The notes beneath the pieces were generated by a model that saw nothing but the letters and a program-made list of their open reading frames with translations, was not told the origin of the DNA and did not search any database. DNA of 64,000 nucleotides from Pseudomonadota bacterium (GTDB lineage: Bacteria; Myxococcota_A; UBA796; UBA9615). The position numbers and the translations under genes were made by a program. Positions 30,337-39,258 of this stretch are shown one piece after another. How positions within the stretch are numbered: position 1 is the stretch's first letter; every line of letters starts with the position of its first letter. The stretch is from NCBI GenBank assembly GCA_024229515.1, contig JAAESI010000010.1, positions 1 through 64,000 on the forward strand, in the 5' to 3' direction.

Positions 30337-30659
30337 CAGCGCCGCGCAGCGCCCCGAGGGGCGCGTAGTCGCCGAGGAAGCCCCGGGAGCTCGCGGAATG
30401 AGCAGATCCGCGACGTTTAAGCGGCTGCCCGACTTTGTACATCTCGGCTGCAACAGCCTTCCACTCCGAACCCGGTCGAAGCTCCAAGCGGTGCCCGCGC
30501 ATCGCTTGGAGTGCCCGGTGGTTCGGCGTGGCAGAGCATTGGCAGCGGGGGTGTACAACGGCCGGCAGCCGCTTAAACGTGGCTTGTGATCTCGGCCGCC
30601 TGACGATCCACGGAGCTTCCTTGGCGACTACGCGCGCTTGGGCGCGCTACGCGGCGCTG
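30337..30659. repeat. ~320-bp imperfect palindrome (foldback element) with perfect 17-bp inner arms
   Basis: Left half 30337-30495 aligns along its whole length with the reverse complement of 30500-30659. Perfect inner arms ACGTTTAAGCGGCTGCC (30414-30430 / 30564-30580). Outer arms cagcgccgcg[c/t]agcgc...gcgcgtagtcgcc. Centre ctccaagcg-gtgcccgcgcat-cgcttggag. Confidence 0.6.
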
Positions 30660-31803
30660 ATGCGTCTTGCTCCACCGCCGCGAGAGCCTCCGCGTGGACC
30701 GCCCACAGCGCCTCCATCACACGGGCGCCCACGGGCGTGAGCTCGCCCCGGTCCTGCACGATCGCCAGCGACTCGGCGTTCGTCTGAAGCACCTCCGCGC
30801 GCCGGCGCGCGAACTGCGGGGTTCGGCTCAACAGGTGGTCCTTTTCGCCCAACGCCTGGTGCAGCGCGGCCACCGGCACGAACGCGTGAGCGGCGAGCAG
30901 CACCCCCATGATCGGCCGCAGATCCGGACGCACCGGGGACGGCGACCACTCGGTGTGCCCATTGTTCAGCACCGGATCGAGCCACGTCAGGAGGTTCAGC
31001 TTGCCGTGCTGGGTCTCGTGCACGATCGCTTCGGCCAGCGTCAGCGGATCGGGGTGCAGCGTCAGGTAGATGAGGCCCGGCGCCTCCCGGTACGACGCGC
31101 TGAGGTGCCGCTCGGGCTCGTACCCCACCGGCACCACGCGCAGGAGCGTGACCTCCAACTCGGCGTACAGATCAGGCAGTACGGCCTCGATTACGGCCAA
31201 TGCGTCGTTCAGCGCCTCGACCCATTCGGCGGCGTCCCGGCCCCCGAGGTCGAGGACGTTTCCCTGCTTGTCGGGGTGGGCCTCCACGTTCGCGAGCGGG
31301 TTGGTGTCGACAAGGCCCAGTTCCCCACGGACAAGGGGGCGCGAGGGCGTCAGCGCATCCAGATCTCCCAGCGCCAGGTGCCGGCCGGTCGAAAGCTCGA
31401 CGCCCACGCCGTCGCGATCGGCGACCACGGCGCGCAACGGCTCTGCGAATCGGTGGAACCCGGAGCTTCGAACCTCGGTGGTGGGCCCCCGCCACGACAA
31501 GCCGGCGTCCAGGTGAGGGGCGAGCGCCGCGAGCAGGTGGGGCACGCCCCGACGGAGACCGTCGCGCGCGGGCAGCGCGCCCGAAGCCGAGGCCAACAAC
31601 GGCACCAGAGCATCCAGGGTGCCGACGGCGTCCAGCAGCGCCTCGGGCCGGGTCCTCAGCAGCTTCGTCAGCGCGGTCTGCAGCCGAACCAGGTCCGGGA
31701 GCCCCGACGCACGGACCGACAGCAGGTGCCGCAGCGCCACCATGCGCACCTTGCGTCGCAGCCGAACGGCAACGGTGTCGCCGGGGGAAGGGAGGACCAG
31801 CAC
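30628..31803 (-). CDS. HEXXH-motif domain protein (aKG-HExxH-type peptide hydroxylase-like)
   Basis: LAEAIVHETQHGKLNLL (H-E-x-x-H); ~390 aa; divergent from a radical-SAM gene array, an association recorded for the TIGR04267-like HEXXH domain. Confidence 0.55.
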   Translation of the reverse strand: MLVLPSPGDTVAVRLRRKVRMVALRHLLSVRASGLPDLVRLQTALTKLLRTRPEALLDAVGTLDALVPLLASASGALPARDGLRRGVPHLLAALAPHLDAGLSWRGPTTEVRSSGFHRFAEPLRAVVADRDGVGVELSTGRHLALGDLDALTPSRPLVRGELGLVDTNPLANVEAHPDKQGNVLDLGGRDAAEWVEALNDALAVIEAVLPDLYAELEVTLLRVVPVGYEPERHLSASYREAPGLIYLTLHPDPLTLAEAIVHETQHGKLNLLTWLDPVLNNGHTEWSPSPVRPDLRPIMGVLLAAHAFVPVAALHQALGEKDHLLSRTPQFARRRAEVLQTNAESLAIVQDRGELTPVGARVMEALWAVHAEALAAVEQDASAPRSAPKRA

Positions 31804-31825
31804 CAGCGTCGTCTACCATGCCGCC

Positions 31826-32974
31826 GTGCTCGCCCCTTTGTCCGATGAGGTCTGGATCGACGTGACCGGCGCCCAACGCGCGGAGAACGCCCAACGCATC
31901 GTTGCCTTCGGCACCCCCCGCCCGGCCCTCGCCGATCTCGTGCGCCAGGCCCGCGAAGCCGACGGCACGCCGGTCCTGGGGGGAGGCGAGCCGACCCTGG
32001 GAAGCGACCTGCCCGACCTCGTCGCCGCGGTCAGCGAGGCGATCGGAAGCCAATGGGTGCTCGCCACCGACGGCCTCGCGCTGACCCAGCCGGGTCCCCT
32101 CGCCTCCCTCGCCCAGCGCGGTCTGACCACCCTCCGGGTGAGGCTCGTTTCGGCCCGGCCGGACGCCCACGACTGGTTCTACGGGCGCCCCGGAGCGACG
32201 AAGGCAGCCGTGCGCGCTCTCCGCACCGCCGCCGCCGCGGGCATCACGACGCAGATCGAAGTGCCGCTCATCCGCCCGACGGTAGACCACCTCGCCGAGA
32301 CCCTGGAGGTCGCCGCGCGCGTGAGCGCCTCCGCGGTGCTCGCCGTGCACTACGACCCCGGCCGGTTCCCCCGGGACGAGCAGGTGACCCTGACGCCGCG
32401 CCTCGGCCTGCTGGAGCAGCCGCTGACCGACACGGCGGCTGCCGCCCTGCGCCTCGGAGTCACCTTCGCGGTGGCGGACCTGCCCCAGTGCTTCCTCCCC
32501 GAAGGCGTCGCCGCCTGCCGTGTGCGCCAGAGCCGACCGACCCCGGCTGCCCCCTGCGGCCCGGACTGCCCGGGCGCCCCGACCTGCGTCGGCGTGCCGG
32601 AGGTCTACCGGTCGCTGTTCGGAAGCTCGGAGCTGCCCGCCGGCCCGCCGACCGACCTCGCAGAAGACGACTTCTCCGGGACGAGCCGCCAGATCCGCAT
32701 GCGCCTCGTCCGCCACGGCGAGCACGCGACCCACCTGCGGGTCACCGCGATCGACCACCCCGACGCTGCGGCCCTGCTCCGCGAGGCGCTCCGGCTGGGC
32801 TTCGCCCGCGTCGAGGTCGCCGCCGATCTCGCCCCCCTGGCGGCCTTCTCCGACGACGAACTGCACCGCCTTCGTCGACTCACGGCCTTGCGTCCGACCG
32901 GCCCCGTGCCGCCCGACCTGAGGGAGCGAATCGGCCGAATCGCTCCCCAGGTGGAGCTAGGGTCGACCTCATGA
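31826..32974 (+). CDS. Radical-SAM-fold paralogue lacking the CxxxCxxC triad (retains C-terminal Cys cluster)
   Basis: VLGGGEPTLGSDL (GGEP SAM-motif), SARPDAHDWFYGRPGATKAAVRAL parallels the SLHG..ELHD..G.PG(A/S)F motif of neighbouring rSAMs. No Cys in the first ~250 aa. C-terminal CFLPEGVAAC...CGPDCPGAPTC. GTG start inferred; translationally coupled (ATGA) to the next rSAM. Confidence 0.5.
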   Translation: MLAPLSDEVWIDVTGAQRAENAQRIVAFGTPRPALADLVRQAREADGTPVLGGGEPTLGSDLPDLVAAVSEAIGSQWVLATDGLALTQPGPLASLAQRGLTTLRVRLVSARPDAHDWFYGRPGATKAAVRALRTAAAAGITTQIEVPLIRPTVDHLAETLEVAARVSASAVLAVHYDPGRFPRDEQVTLTPRLGLLEQPLTDTAAAALRLGVTFAVADLPQCFLPEGVAACRVRQSRPTPAAPCGPDCPGAPTCVGVPEVYRSLFGSSELPAGPPTDLAEDDFSGTSRQIRMRLVRHGEHATHLRVTAIDHPDAAALLREALRLGFARVEVAADLAPLAAFSDDELHRLRRLTALRPTGPVPPDLRERIGRIAPQVELGSTS

Positions 32975-34716
32975 GCCGGCCTTTGCAGGAGGACATGCTC
33001 GAGCGGGAGCGGGTGGCCAACCGCGCCAAGCACTGGGTGCGGGCGGTGACGGCCTGCAACAGCCGGTGCCTGTTCTGCCTCGACAGCGACACGCCCCGGA
33101 ACCTCTTCCTGCCCGCCGAGGACGTCAAAGCCGACCTGCGCCGCGGCATCGAGGACAAAGGGGCGGACAAGGTGATCCTCAGCGGAGGGGAAGCCTCCCT
33201 GCACCCGGAGTTCCTCGACTTCATCCGCTACGGCAGGGAGATCGGCTACGACCGCGTGCAGACCGTGACCAACGGCTGGATGCTCGCCCAGGCAGACTTC
33301 TACGAAGAGGCGGTCCAGGCCGGGCTCGGCGAGATCACGTGGAGCCTGCACGGGCACACCGCCGAGCTGCACGACCACCTCACGGGCACCCCCGGCGCCT
33401 TCGACCGGATGGTCGCGGGCATCCGCCGCGCCGAGGCCGACCCGCGGATCATCAGCAACGTCGACGTGGTCATCAACAAGCAGAACGTGGGCGTGCTGGA
33501 CAAGGTCGTGGAGCTGGCGATGTCCCTGGGGGTGACCGAGTTCGACCTCCTGCACGTCATCCCCCAGGCGGCTGCGTTCGAGCATCGCGACGACCTGTTC
33601 TACGACCCCGCCGAGCACCTCGACGTGCTCCACAAGGTGTTCCGGCTGAACCGGCACCCGGGCTTCGTGATCTGGACGAACCGGTTCCCTGTGCCCTTCT
33701 TGGAGGGGCTCGAGGACCTGATCCAGGACCCCCACAAGATGCTCGATGAGGTGCACGGCCGCCGCTTTCAGGTGCGTCGCTACCTGGACGTCGGGCAGGG
33801 GTTGGACTGCCGTCAGCCGGAGCGCTGCGTGCACTGCTTCATCGAGCCCTTCTGCACGAGCACCGATCGCACGCTCGACCGAATCCATGCCGCCGGCTGG
33901 GAGGTCTGGTTCGGGGACGGTCCCCTCCCCTTCGGCGCGACCCGGCGAGGAGTGGCGGCCCCCTCGACGGACGCGCTGCCGGACGAGCGGCCGCTGTACG
34001 CCGAGGTCGAGGGCGTGGGGCCGGTGCCCGAAGGCGACGTCGTGCTCCGCGCCGAACGGGCCGAGCAGCTGGAGGCATGGGCGGGCTCGGTCGACCTGGA
34101 CGTGCAGCTGAACCGCGACACGGTGCCGTGGCTGCTGACGAACCGGGACCGGCTGGAACGCATGCGCATCCACCAGCCGTCGTGGTCTTCCCTGGAGCAG
34201 GCCGCCGCGCACGACGTGCGGGACCCGGCGCGGTTCTTCCTGCAGCTGGACCGCCCGATTCCGACCTCGGGCCTCGCGGCCTGCCAGGCGCCCGGGGCGA
34301 CGCTGGTGGAGCCTCGACCGATCCTGCGGTCGTCGCTGTTCGACGCGGGCACGGGGCGGCCGTCGGTGCCGGCCCTGGCCGAGGATCACGTCGCCGACGG
34401 CTACCGCGTCCACTCGCTCCGGTGCCGGACCTGCCGGGTGCGTGACCGCTGCGACGGCATTCACGTGAACATGGTTCGCGACCAGGGCCTGAAGCTGGCC
34501 CGCCCGCTGGTGGCGGGGGCCTGGCCCGACGAGGCGGACCGCCAGCTCACGAAGGCAGTCGCGCGCGTGAGGGACGGCCGGGAGCGGGTGCCGGTGGTGC
34601 CGTCGCTACCCGGCCACGACGCTCCGGCGGCGCCCCCGGAGGACCCCTTGGCGGTCCTGGCCCGGGACAAGGCGGAGCAGCGAGCGAAGCGCCGCCTCCA
34701 AATCCTGGACTCCTGA
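32971..34716 (+). CDS. Radical SAM protein (SPASM/twitch-like C-terminal Cys cluster), 581 aa
   Basis: CNSRCLFC triad, GGEASLHPEF, SLHGHTAELHDHLTGTPGAFDRMVAGI, C-terminal CRQPERCVHCFIEPFC; long extra C-terminal domain. Confidence 0.75.
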   Translation: MSRPLQEDMLERERVANRAKHWVRAVTACNSRCLFCLDSDTPRNLFLPAEDVKADLRRGIEDKGADKVILSGGEASLHPEFLDFIRYGREIGYDRVQTVTNGWMLAQADFYEEAVQAGLGEITWSLHGHTAELHDHLTGTPGAFDRMVAGIRRAEADPRIISNVDVVINKQNVGVLDKVVELAMSLGVTEFDLLHVIPQAAAFEHRDDLFYDPAEHLDVLHKVFRLNRHPGFVIWTNRFPVPFLEGLEDLIQDPHKMLDEVHGRRFQVRRYLDVGQGLDCRQPERCVHCFIEPFCTSTDRTLDRIHAAGWEVWFGDGPLPFGATRRGVAAPSTDALPDERPLYAEVEGVGPVPEGDVVLRAERAEQLEAWAGSVDLDVQLNRDTVPWLLTNRDRLERMRIHQPSWSSLEQAAAHDVRDPARFFLQLDRPIPTSGLAACQAPGATLVEPRPILRSSLFDAGTGRPSVPALAEDHVADGYRVHSLRCRTCRVRDRCDGIHVNMVRDQGLKLARPLVAGAWPDEADRQLTKAVARVRDGRERVPVVPSLPGHDAPAAPPEDPLAVLARDKAEQRAKRRLQILDS

Positions 34717-34719
34717 CCG

Positions 34720-35757
34720 ATGGCCAACCTCGGCTACGTGCAGCTGACCCGCGACTGCTACCAGGGCTGTCGGTTCTGCTCGAACCCGCCCACCGGCGTG
34801 GAACTCACAGAACCCCAGATGCGCACCGAAATCGACCGCATGGCGGAGCTCGGCTACGACGGGATCATCCTCACGGGGGGCGAACCATCGACTTCGCCGC
34901 TGCTGTTCCCCGCCCTCGCTCACGCCACCTCACGGGGCCTCCGCAACCGGATGATCACCAACGGACAAAGGCTAGCGGAGCGCGACTTCTTCGCGCGGTG
35001 CGTCGACGCGGGGTTGGAGCACGTCCACCTGAGCCTGCACAGCCACCGGCGGGCGGTGCACGACTTCATCACGCGCTACCCGGGAGCGTTCGACAAACTC
35101 ACGGCCGCGCTGGAGCACGTGCCCCACGTCGGCATCACGGCCGACATCAACACGGTGATCTGCAGCTACAACGCCGACCACCTGGACGCCCTCGTCCGCT
35201 GGATTGTCACCACCTACCCCTACGTTCGGCACTTCGTCTGGAACAACATGGATCCGGACGGCAACCGTGCGGAGGAGAACCCCGACTGCATCGCCAAGCA
35301 CCGTGAGTTCCAGGTCAGCCTGCACCGGGCGATGGACTTCCTCCACGCCTCGGGCCGCACCTTCCGCGCCGAGCGAGTGCCCCTGTGCTTCATGAAGGAG
35401 TTCGCCTGGGCCTCCACCGAGACCCGCAAGATCGTCAAAGAAGAGGAGCGCTGCATCACGTTCCTGGACGGCAAGGGGTTCGTGCGCCAGCGGCAGTTCC
35501 TCCACGGCAAGGGGGACGCCTGCGAGGTCTGCCGCTGGGACCCGATCTGCGCGGGCATGTTCTCGATGGCGAAGACGTTCGACGAGCGGGAGCAGTCGCC
35601 GATCTTCGACGACCCCGATCCGGTCATCCGCGCGGTGTTGGGGAGGGAGCCCGAGCCGGCCCTGAAGGAGCGGATCCGGGCGCGTCGGGGGCAGCGCTCG
35701 ACGACCGAGCAGCCGGACAAAAACACCCGTACTCACGCACGGTTGAAGGTTCTCTGA
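34720..35757 (+). CDS. Radical SAM protein, 345 aa
   Basis: CYQGCRFC triad 12 aa from N-terminus, GGEPSTSP, SLHSHRRAVHDFITRYPGAFDKL, C-terminal CEVCRWDPIC. Confidence 0.75.
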   Translation: MANLGYVQLTRDCYQGCRFCSNPPTGVELTEPQMRTEIDRMAELGYDGIILTGGEPSTSPLLFPALAHATSRGLRNRMITNGQRLAERDFFARCVDAGLEHVHLSLHSHRRAVHDFITRYPGAFDKLTAALEHVPHVGITADINTVICSYNADHLDALVRWIVTTYPYVRHFVWNNMDPDGNRAEENPDCIAKHREFQVSLHRAMDFLHASGRTFRAERVPLCFMKEFAWASTETRKIVKEEERCITFLDGKGFVRQRQFLHGKGDACEVCRWDPICAGMFSMAKTFDEREQSPIFDDPDPVIRAVLGREPEPALKERIRARRGQRSTTEQPDKNTRTHARLKVL

Positions 35758-35776
35758 TGGTGTCTAACAAAGGCGG

Positions 35777-36805
35777 CTAACTGTCCTCCAGCTGCCGGCG
35801 GCGTTGCGCCAGGCGGCTCGCGATCGCGTCATGCCCGTGGTCGGCAGCGCACTGCTCCGGCAGGGTCCCCGCGGGCCTGACGTCCCCGATGCCGAGCCGC
35901 TTCGACGCGCCCGTCGCCCCCCCGGATGGCACACGCGGGTCCGCACCCGCACGCAAGAGCAGCTCGACGATGTCGCGCCGTCCCCGTTCGGCCGCCAGGA
36001 ACACGGCGGTCTCCCCGACGATGTTGCGCCGGTCCAACGCCGCGCCGCCGGCGATGAGCGCTTCCAGCACCTCGGGCTCGCTGAAGTGCGCGGCCCGCAT
36101 CAGGAGCGTCCACCCGTGGGAGTTTCGCTCGTTGGGATCGCCTCCTCGAGCCAGCGCCTCTGTGACTTCGGCCCCGGATCTCAGCAGCAGGAGCGCGCCC
36201 AACTCGGAGGGCGGCGCCATCACGTCGGGCCGAATCCAGGGCAGGTCCCAGGGGCCGTCCAGCAGCGCGGGCTCCGGGCTGCTCGGCGGCGGCGGCGGCG
36301 GCGGCTCCCACCTACCCAGGTGAATGCTCAGCCGATGACGCTGGGCGAGGGCAAAGTCCCGGGCGAGTCGGGTGTAGAAGTCCCGCATCAGGGGCGCTTC
36401 GTCGAACGTCCGACCGATGCGCGCACAGTTGGTGCGGGCACGGCCGAGGCCCTGGACGAGCTGGCCATGGAACGGACTGGACCGAAGCTCCACCGTCGAG
36501 CGCCCGCGCCCCCGCCACCCCGCGAGGTGAATCGCCTCATCGACGAATTGGAAGAAGGCGTACGGCGCCGACCCGCCGATCGCATCGTAGGCCCTCAGGA
36601 CGAGGGCGGCCGACGCTCCGTCGAGGGTCCTCTCAACGACGCCGCCCTGCACCACGAACTCGATCACGGAGCGTGACGGAAGCACCTCGACGAAGCGCCT
36701 GCTGAGTCCCAATCCGGCGAACTGGCGGAGGTACCCGAGGGCGTCGTCGTCACTCAGGCCCAGGGGTGCGACAGCGAGGAGCCCCGCTCCATAGACATCA
36801 CCCAC
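35777..36805 (-). CDS. Ankyrin-repeat protein with N-terminal unknown domain
   Basis: C-terminal ANK repeats (GWTLLMRAAHFSEPEVLEALIAGGAALDRRNIVGETAVFLAAERGRRDIVELLLRAGADP); PPPPPPP linker. Confidence 0.7.
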   Translation of the reverse strand: MGDVYGAGLLAVAPLGLSDDDALGYLRQFAGLGLSRRFVEVLPSRSVIEFVVQGGVVERTLDGASAALVLRAYDAIGGSAPYAFFQFVDEAIHLAGWRGRGRSTVELRSSPFHGQLVQGLGRARTNCARIGRTFDEAPLMRDFYTRLARDFALAQRHRLSIHLGRWEPPPPPPPSSPEPALLDGPWDLPWIRPDVMAPPSELGALLLLRSGAEVTEALARGGDPNERNSHGWTLLMRAAHFSEPEVLEALIAGGAALDRRNIVGETAVFLAAERGRRDIVELLLRAGADPRVPSGGATGASKRLGIGDVRPAGTLPEQCAADHGHDAIASRLAQRRRQLEDS

Positions 36806-36814
36806 GGCGGAGCG

Positions 36815-37393
36815 TCAGATGCGGTCTTCGAACGGGCATCCCGCCCACGCCGCCAGCGCGGCGCCGGCATGCACGGCCCAGGATGAGTCGAAGAGGAGAT
36901 CGTTGCGGCTGTAGCCGATCATCGACTGGGCGGTGATGTTCATCTCGTAGGCGACATCCACGGTGGCGCCATCGTTCAGCTCGGCCTGGATCCCCCGCTC
37001 CACGGAGTCCTCGGCCGCGTACGAGACGATCTTCGCGATGTCACCGACGGCGAGTTCCCGCTTCATGCCGGGGCCGCAGCGGAGCACGCCACTGGATCCA
37101 TGGACCACCCGCCCCTCCTCGCCGTGCCACAGCGAGAAGCCGTCGCCACCCTCGCTCCAGAGAATGTCTCGCTCCCCGTCGTAGCCTCCGAGGGGAAGCC
37201 CGCGGGCCCGCAGTCGTTCACTCACGGACTTCCGCTGGGCCTCGGGGTGCCCTTCCCAGGCCAGCCGCTCGGGCTCGCCCGGTCCGACGTTGTAGACGCC
37301 GAGGATGGCCTGGTCTTCCCACGGCTCGACGTTCCACGCGAGGAGCTTGTCCCCGGCGGTCGCGAGCGCTTCTTCGACGGTCGGATCGGTCAC
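36815..37393 (-). CDS. Hypothetical protein (small ORF 3 downstream of giant gene)
   Basis: 192-aa ORF co-directional with and 10 nt from the upstream ORF; no known motif. Confidence 0.45.
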   Translation of the reverse strand: MTDPTVEEALATAGDKLLAWNVEPWEDQAILGVYNVGPGEPERLAWEGHPEAQRKSVSERLRARGLPLGGYDGERDILWSEGGDGFSLWHGEEGRVVHGSSGVLRCGPGMKRELAVGDIAKIVSYAAEDSVERGIQAELNDGATVDVAYEMNITAQSMIGYSRNDLLFDSSWAVHAGAALAAWAGCPFEDRI

Positions 37394-37402
37394 GGGCAGA
37401 GT

Positions 37403-38446
37403 CTACTGGGCATCGAGGGCCTGCTGCAGGACGGGAGTCCAGGACTTGCGTCGGTTGCGGGACAGCGCGAGCCACTTCTTGAGGGCGGGTCGGCCGACCT
37501 TCTCGTCGATCAGCGCAACTCCGGCGACGACGACGAGCTCATCACGGTCGAGTTCGCCGAGCGAGCTCAGGAGCTTGCCGACCGTCGCGGCCTTGCTCCG
37601 CACGATCTCTGGCGATCGCACCGCCAGTTCCCCTCCGTCGGTGGCGGCGAGCGCTTCCAGCACGTCGGGGTCGAAGTCCCGCGAGGGATCCGTGAGTGTG
37701 CGGAACGCGATGCTCCAGGCCCGAAGGTCGCCTTCATCCAGCTCACCTCGAACCAGGCTCAGCCGCCGCAGCACGGGCATGAGCAGGGTCCAGTTCCAGC
37801 GGTCGGTGCCCACCCGGATCGGCCAGGCCTGGTGCGGGTCCGCGCCCTCCTCCAGGAGTTCGAGGAGCGCCTCGAACGCCGGCGCCGCGCAGAAGCCCTG
37901 AAAGAAGAGGATCGCGGCTCCCACTACTTCGGGCTCAGGGGAACTCAACCGACGGCCCACGGCGTCTCCGAACGCCCTCCCCTCAGGCAGCCCAAGCATG
38001 CGTGAGTACAGACGTTTCGACCACTCGCCGGCGACTTCGCGGGCACGCGCTCCGGCAAGGTCCGGGACCCACCCGGCAAGCACGCGATCGGCGAGCTCAT
38101 CCCAGTCGGTGTCCCGGTCGACGGTCGCTCCATCAACGTCGACCGGGAGCGTCGCCGGGGCATGGCCGCGGCATCGCCAGGGGAGGTTCCGCTCGGTCTC
38201 GAAGGCGTCCGCCTCGTGGCCGGAGACGGCCTGATACAGCGGCCCTGTCCAGGACTCACACGAGCAGCGGTAGGTGCGGGTGGTTCCGACGAGCGCCCAG
38301 GTGACGGCCTCGCCGCAGGCGGTGCAACCCAACTGGTTGCAGCCGATGACGTCGAGCACGACGGGGTGGGCGTAGTCGGTCGGATCGTCGGGGAGTGGAA
38401 GCGTGCCGTCGACGACGTAGCCGCCGTGGTGGCAGTAGTGGCTCAT
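37403..38446 (-). CDS. Hypothetical protein with N-terminal Cys/His cluster (small ORF 2)
   Basis: Start MSHYCHHGG...GCNQLGCTACGE...YRCSCESW; ATGA overlap with upstream ORF; longer ORF to 38587 judged N-terminal over-extension. Confidence 0.45.
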   Translation of the reverse strand: MSHYCHHGGYVVDGTLPLPDDPTDYAHPVVLDVIGCNQLGCTACGEAVTWALVGTTRTYRCSCESWTGPLYQAVSGHEADAFETERNLPWRCRGHAPATLPVDVDGATVDRDTDWDELADRVLAGWVPDLAGARAREVAGEWSKRLYSRMLGLPEGRAFGDAVGRRLSSPEPEVVGAAILFFQGFCAAPAFEALLELLEEGADPHQAWPIRVGTDRWNWTLLMPVLRRLSLVRGELDEGDLRAWSIAFRTLTDPSRDFDPDVLEALAATDGGELAVRSPEIVRSKAATVGKLLSSLGELDRDELVVVAGVALIDEKVGRPALKKWLALSRNRRKSWTPVLQQALDAQ

Positions 38447-39240
38447 GCCGGCGCTTCGAGAGGAGAGCCCGCCGTCTCGAGCGTCCAGGCCTCCTGGATC
38501 CCCAGGCGGCGCCGAACCTCGTCGGGATCCGAAAGATCCTCGACCCATCGGAAGAACCACAATCCGTCGCGCTCGAAGCGGCGGCACTCGGGCGGCGTCG
38601 GAGCCTCGATGAGGCGAAGGCAGGCGGCGAGGTCGGCCTCGTAGGCAAGCCGCCCGGCAGGCGCCGTTCGGTGGAACTCGGGATCGAGCACGGTCAGGGC
38701 CGCGCCCATCCCCCAGCGGGTCTCGAATCGCGGGGGGGAAGGCCGCGGGTAGTCCAGATCAGGCAGCAACGCAGCTTGATCGCCCAGGGTGACCGTACCC
38801 GGCAGCGCGGCGCGAACCGCCAGCGTGAGTGCGACGCAGAGATCCACCACATCGCCGTTGAACTGCCGCCATTGCTCGGCCTTCAGGGTGTAGCTCAGGA
38901 AGAACTTGTCGTTTCCTCGACAGCGGGGATGGCTGCGTCGATCCCAGACTCCGACCCTCAGTCGAGTCCCCTTCCGCGCGCTCCGACCGAGGAAGAAGTT
39001 CGCTCCCGAATCGACCGTGAGCATCTCGGGCGCCGCGGCATCGCGAGCGAGCGCCTCCATGCTCGCGCCTCGGATTGGCGTGCCCGCGGTCGGGCCGAGT
39101 CCGCGGAACGGCAGCCCCAGCCCCGCGTTCTCGACGGCGGCGGCGATGCGCGGAAGTGCATCGGGCTCGAGCCACCAACCTTCGGCGGCGTCGGCCACCT
39201 CGAACGCGCGCAGCGTCAGCCCCAGTTGGAAATCGCTCAT
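38443..39240 (-). CDS. Hypothetical protein (small ORF 1, directly downstream of giant gene)
   Basis: 265-aa ORF beginning 18 nt after the giant gene stop; no known motif. Confidence 0.45.
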   Translation of the reverse strand: MSDFQLGLTLRAFEVADAAEGWWLEPDALPRIAAAVENAGLGLPFRGLGPTAGTPIRGASMEALARDAAAPEMLTVDSGANFFLGRSARKGTRLRVGVWDRRSHPRCRGNDKFFLSYTLKAEQWRQFNGDVVDLCVALTLAVRAALPGTVTLGDQAALLPDLDYPRPSPPRFETRWGMGAALTVLDPEFHRTAPAGRLAYEADLAACLRLIEAPTPPECRRFERDGLWFFRWVEDLSDPDEVRRRLGIQEAWTLETAGSPLEAPA

Positions 39241-39258
39241 CGGAGTGCAGGCAACTGG

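Noticed and set aside
30398-30740. Small ORFs (63-101 aa) inside the 320-bp palindrome as candidate RiPP precursors
   Set aside because: Arg-rich low-complexity translations with no repeat core or leader features. They arise from palindromic sequence. Not discarded entirely, but unsupported.
31619-31825. N-terminal extension of the degenerate rSAM ORF back to 31619/31742
   Set aside because: Would overlap the first ~20-60 codons of the divergent HEXXH gene and still contains no CxxxCxxC motif. GTG at 31826 preferred.
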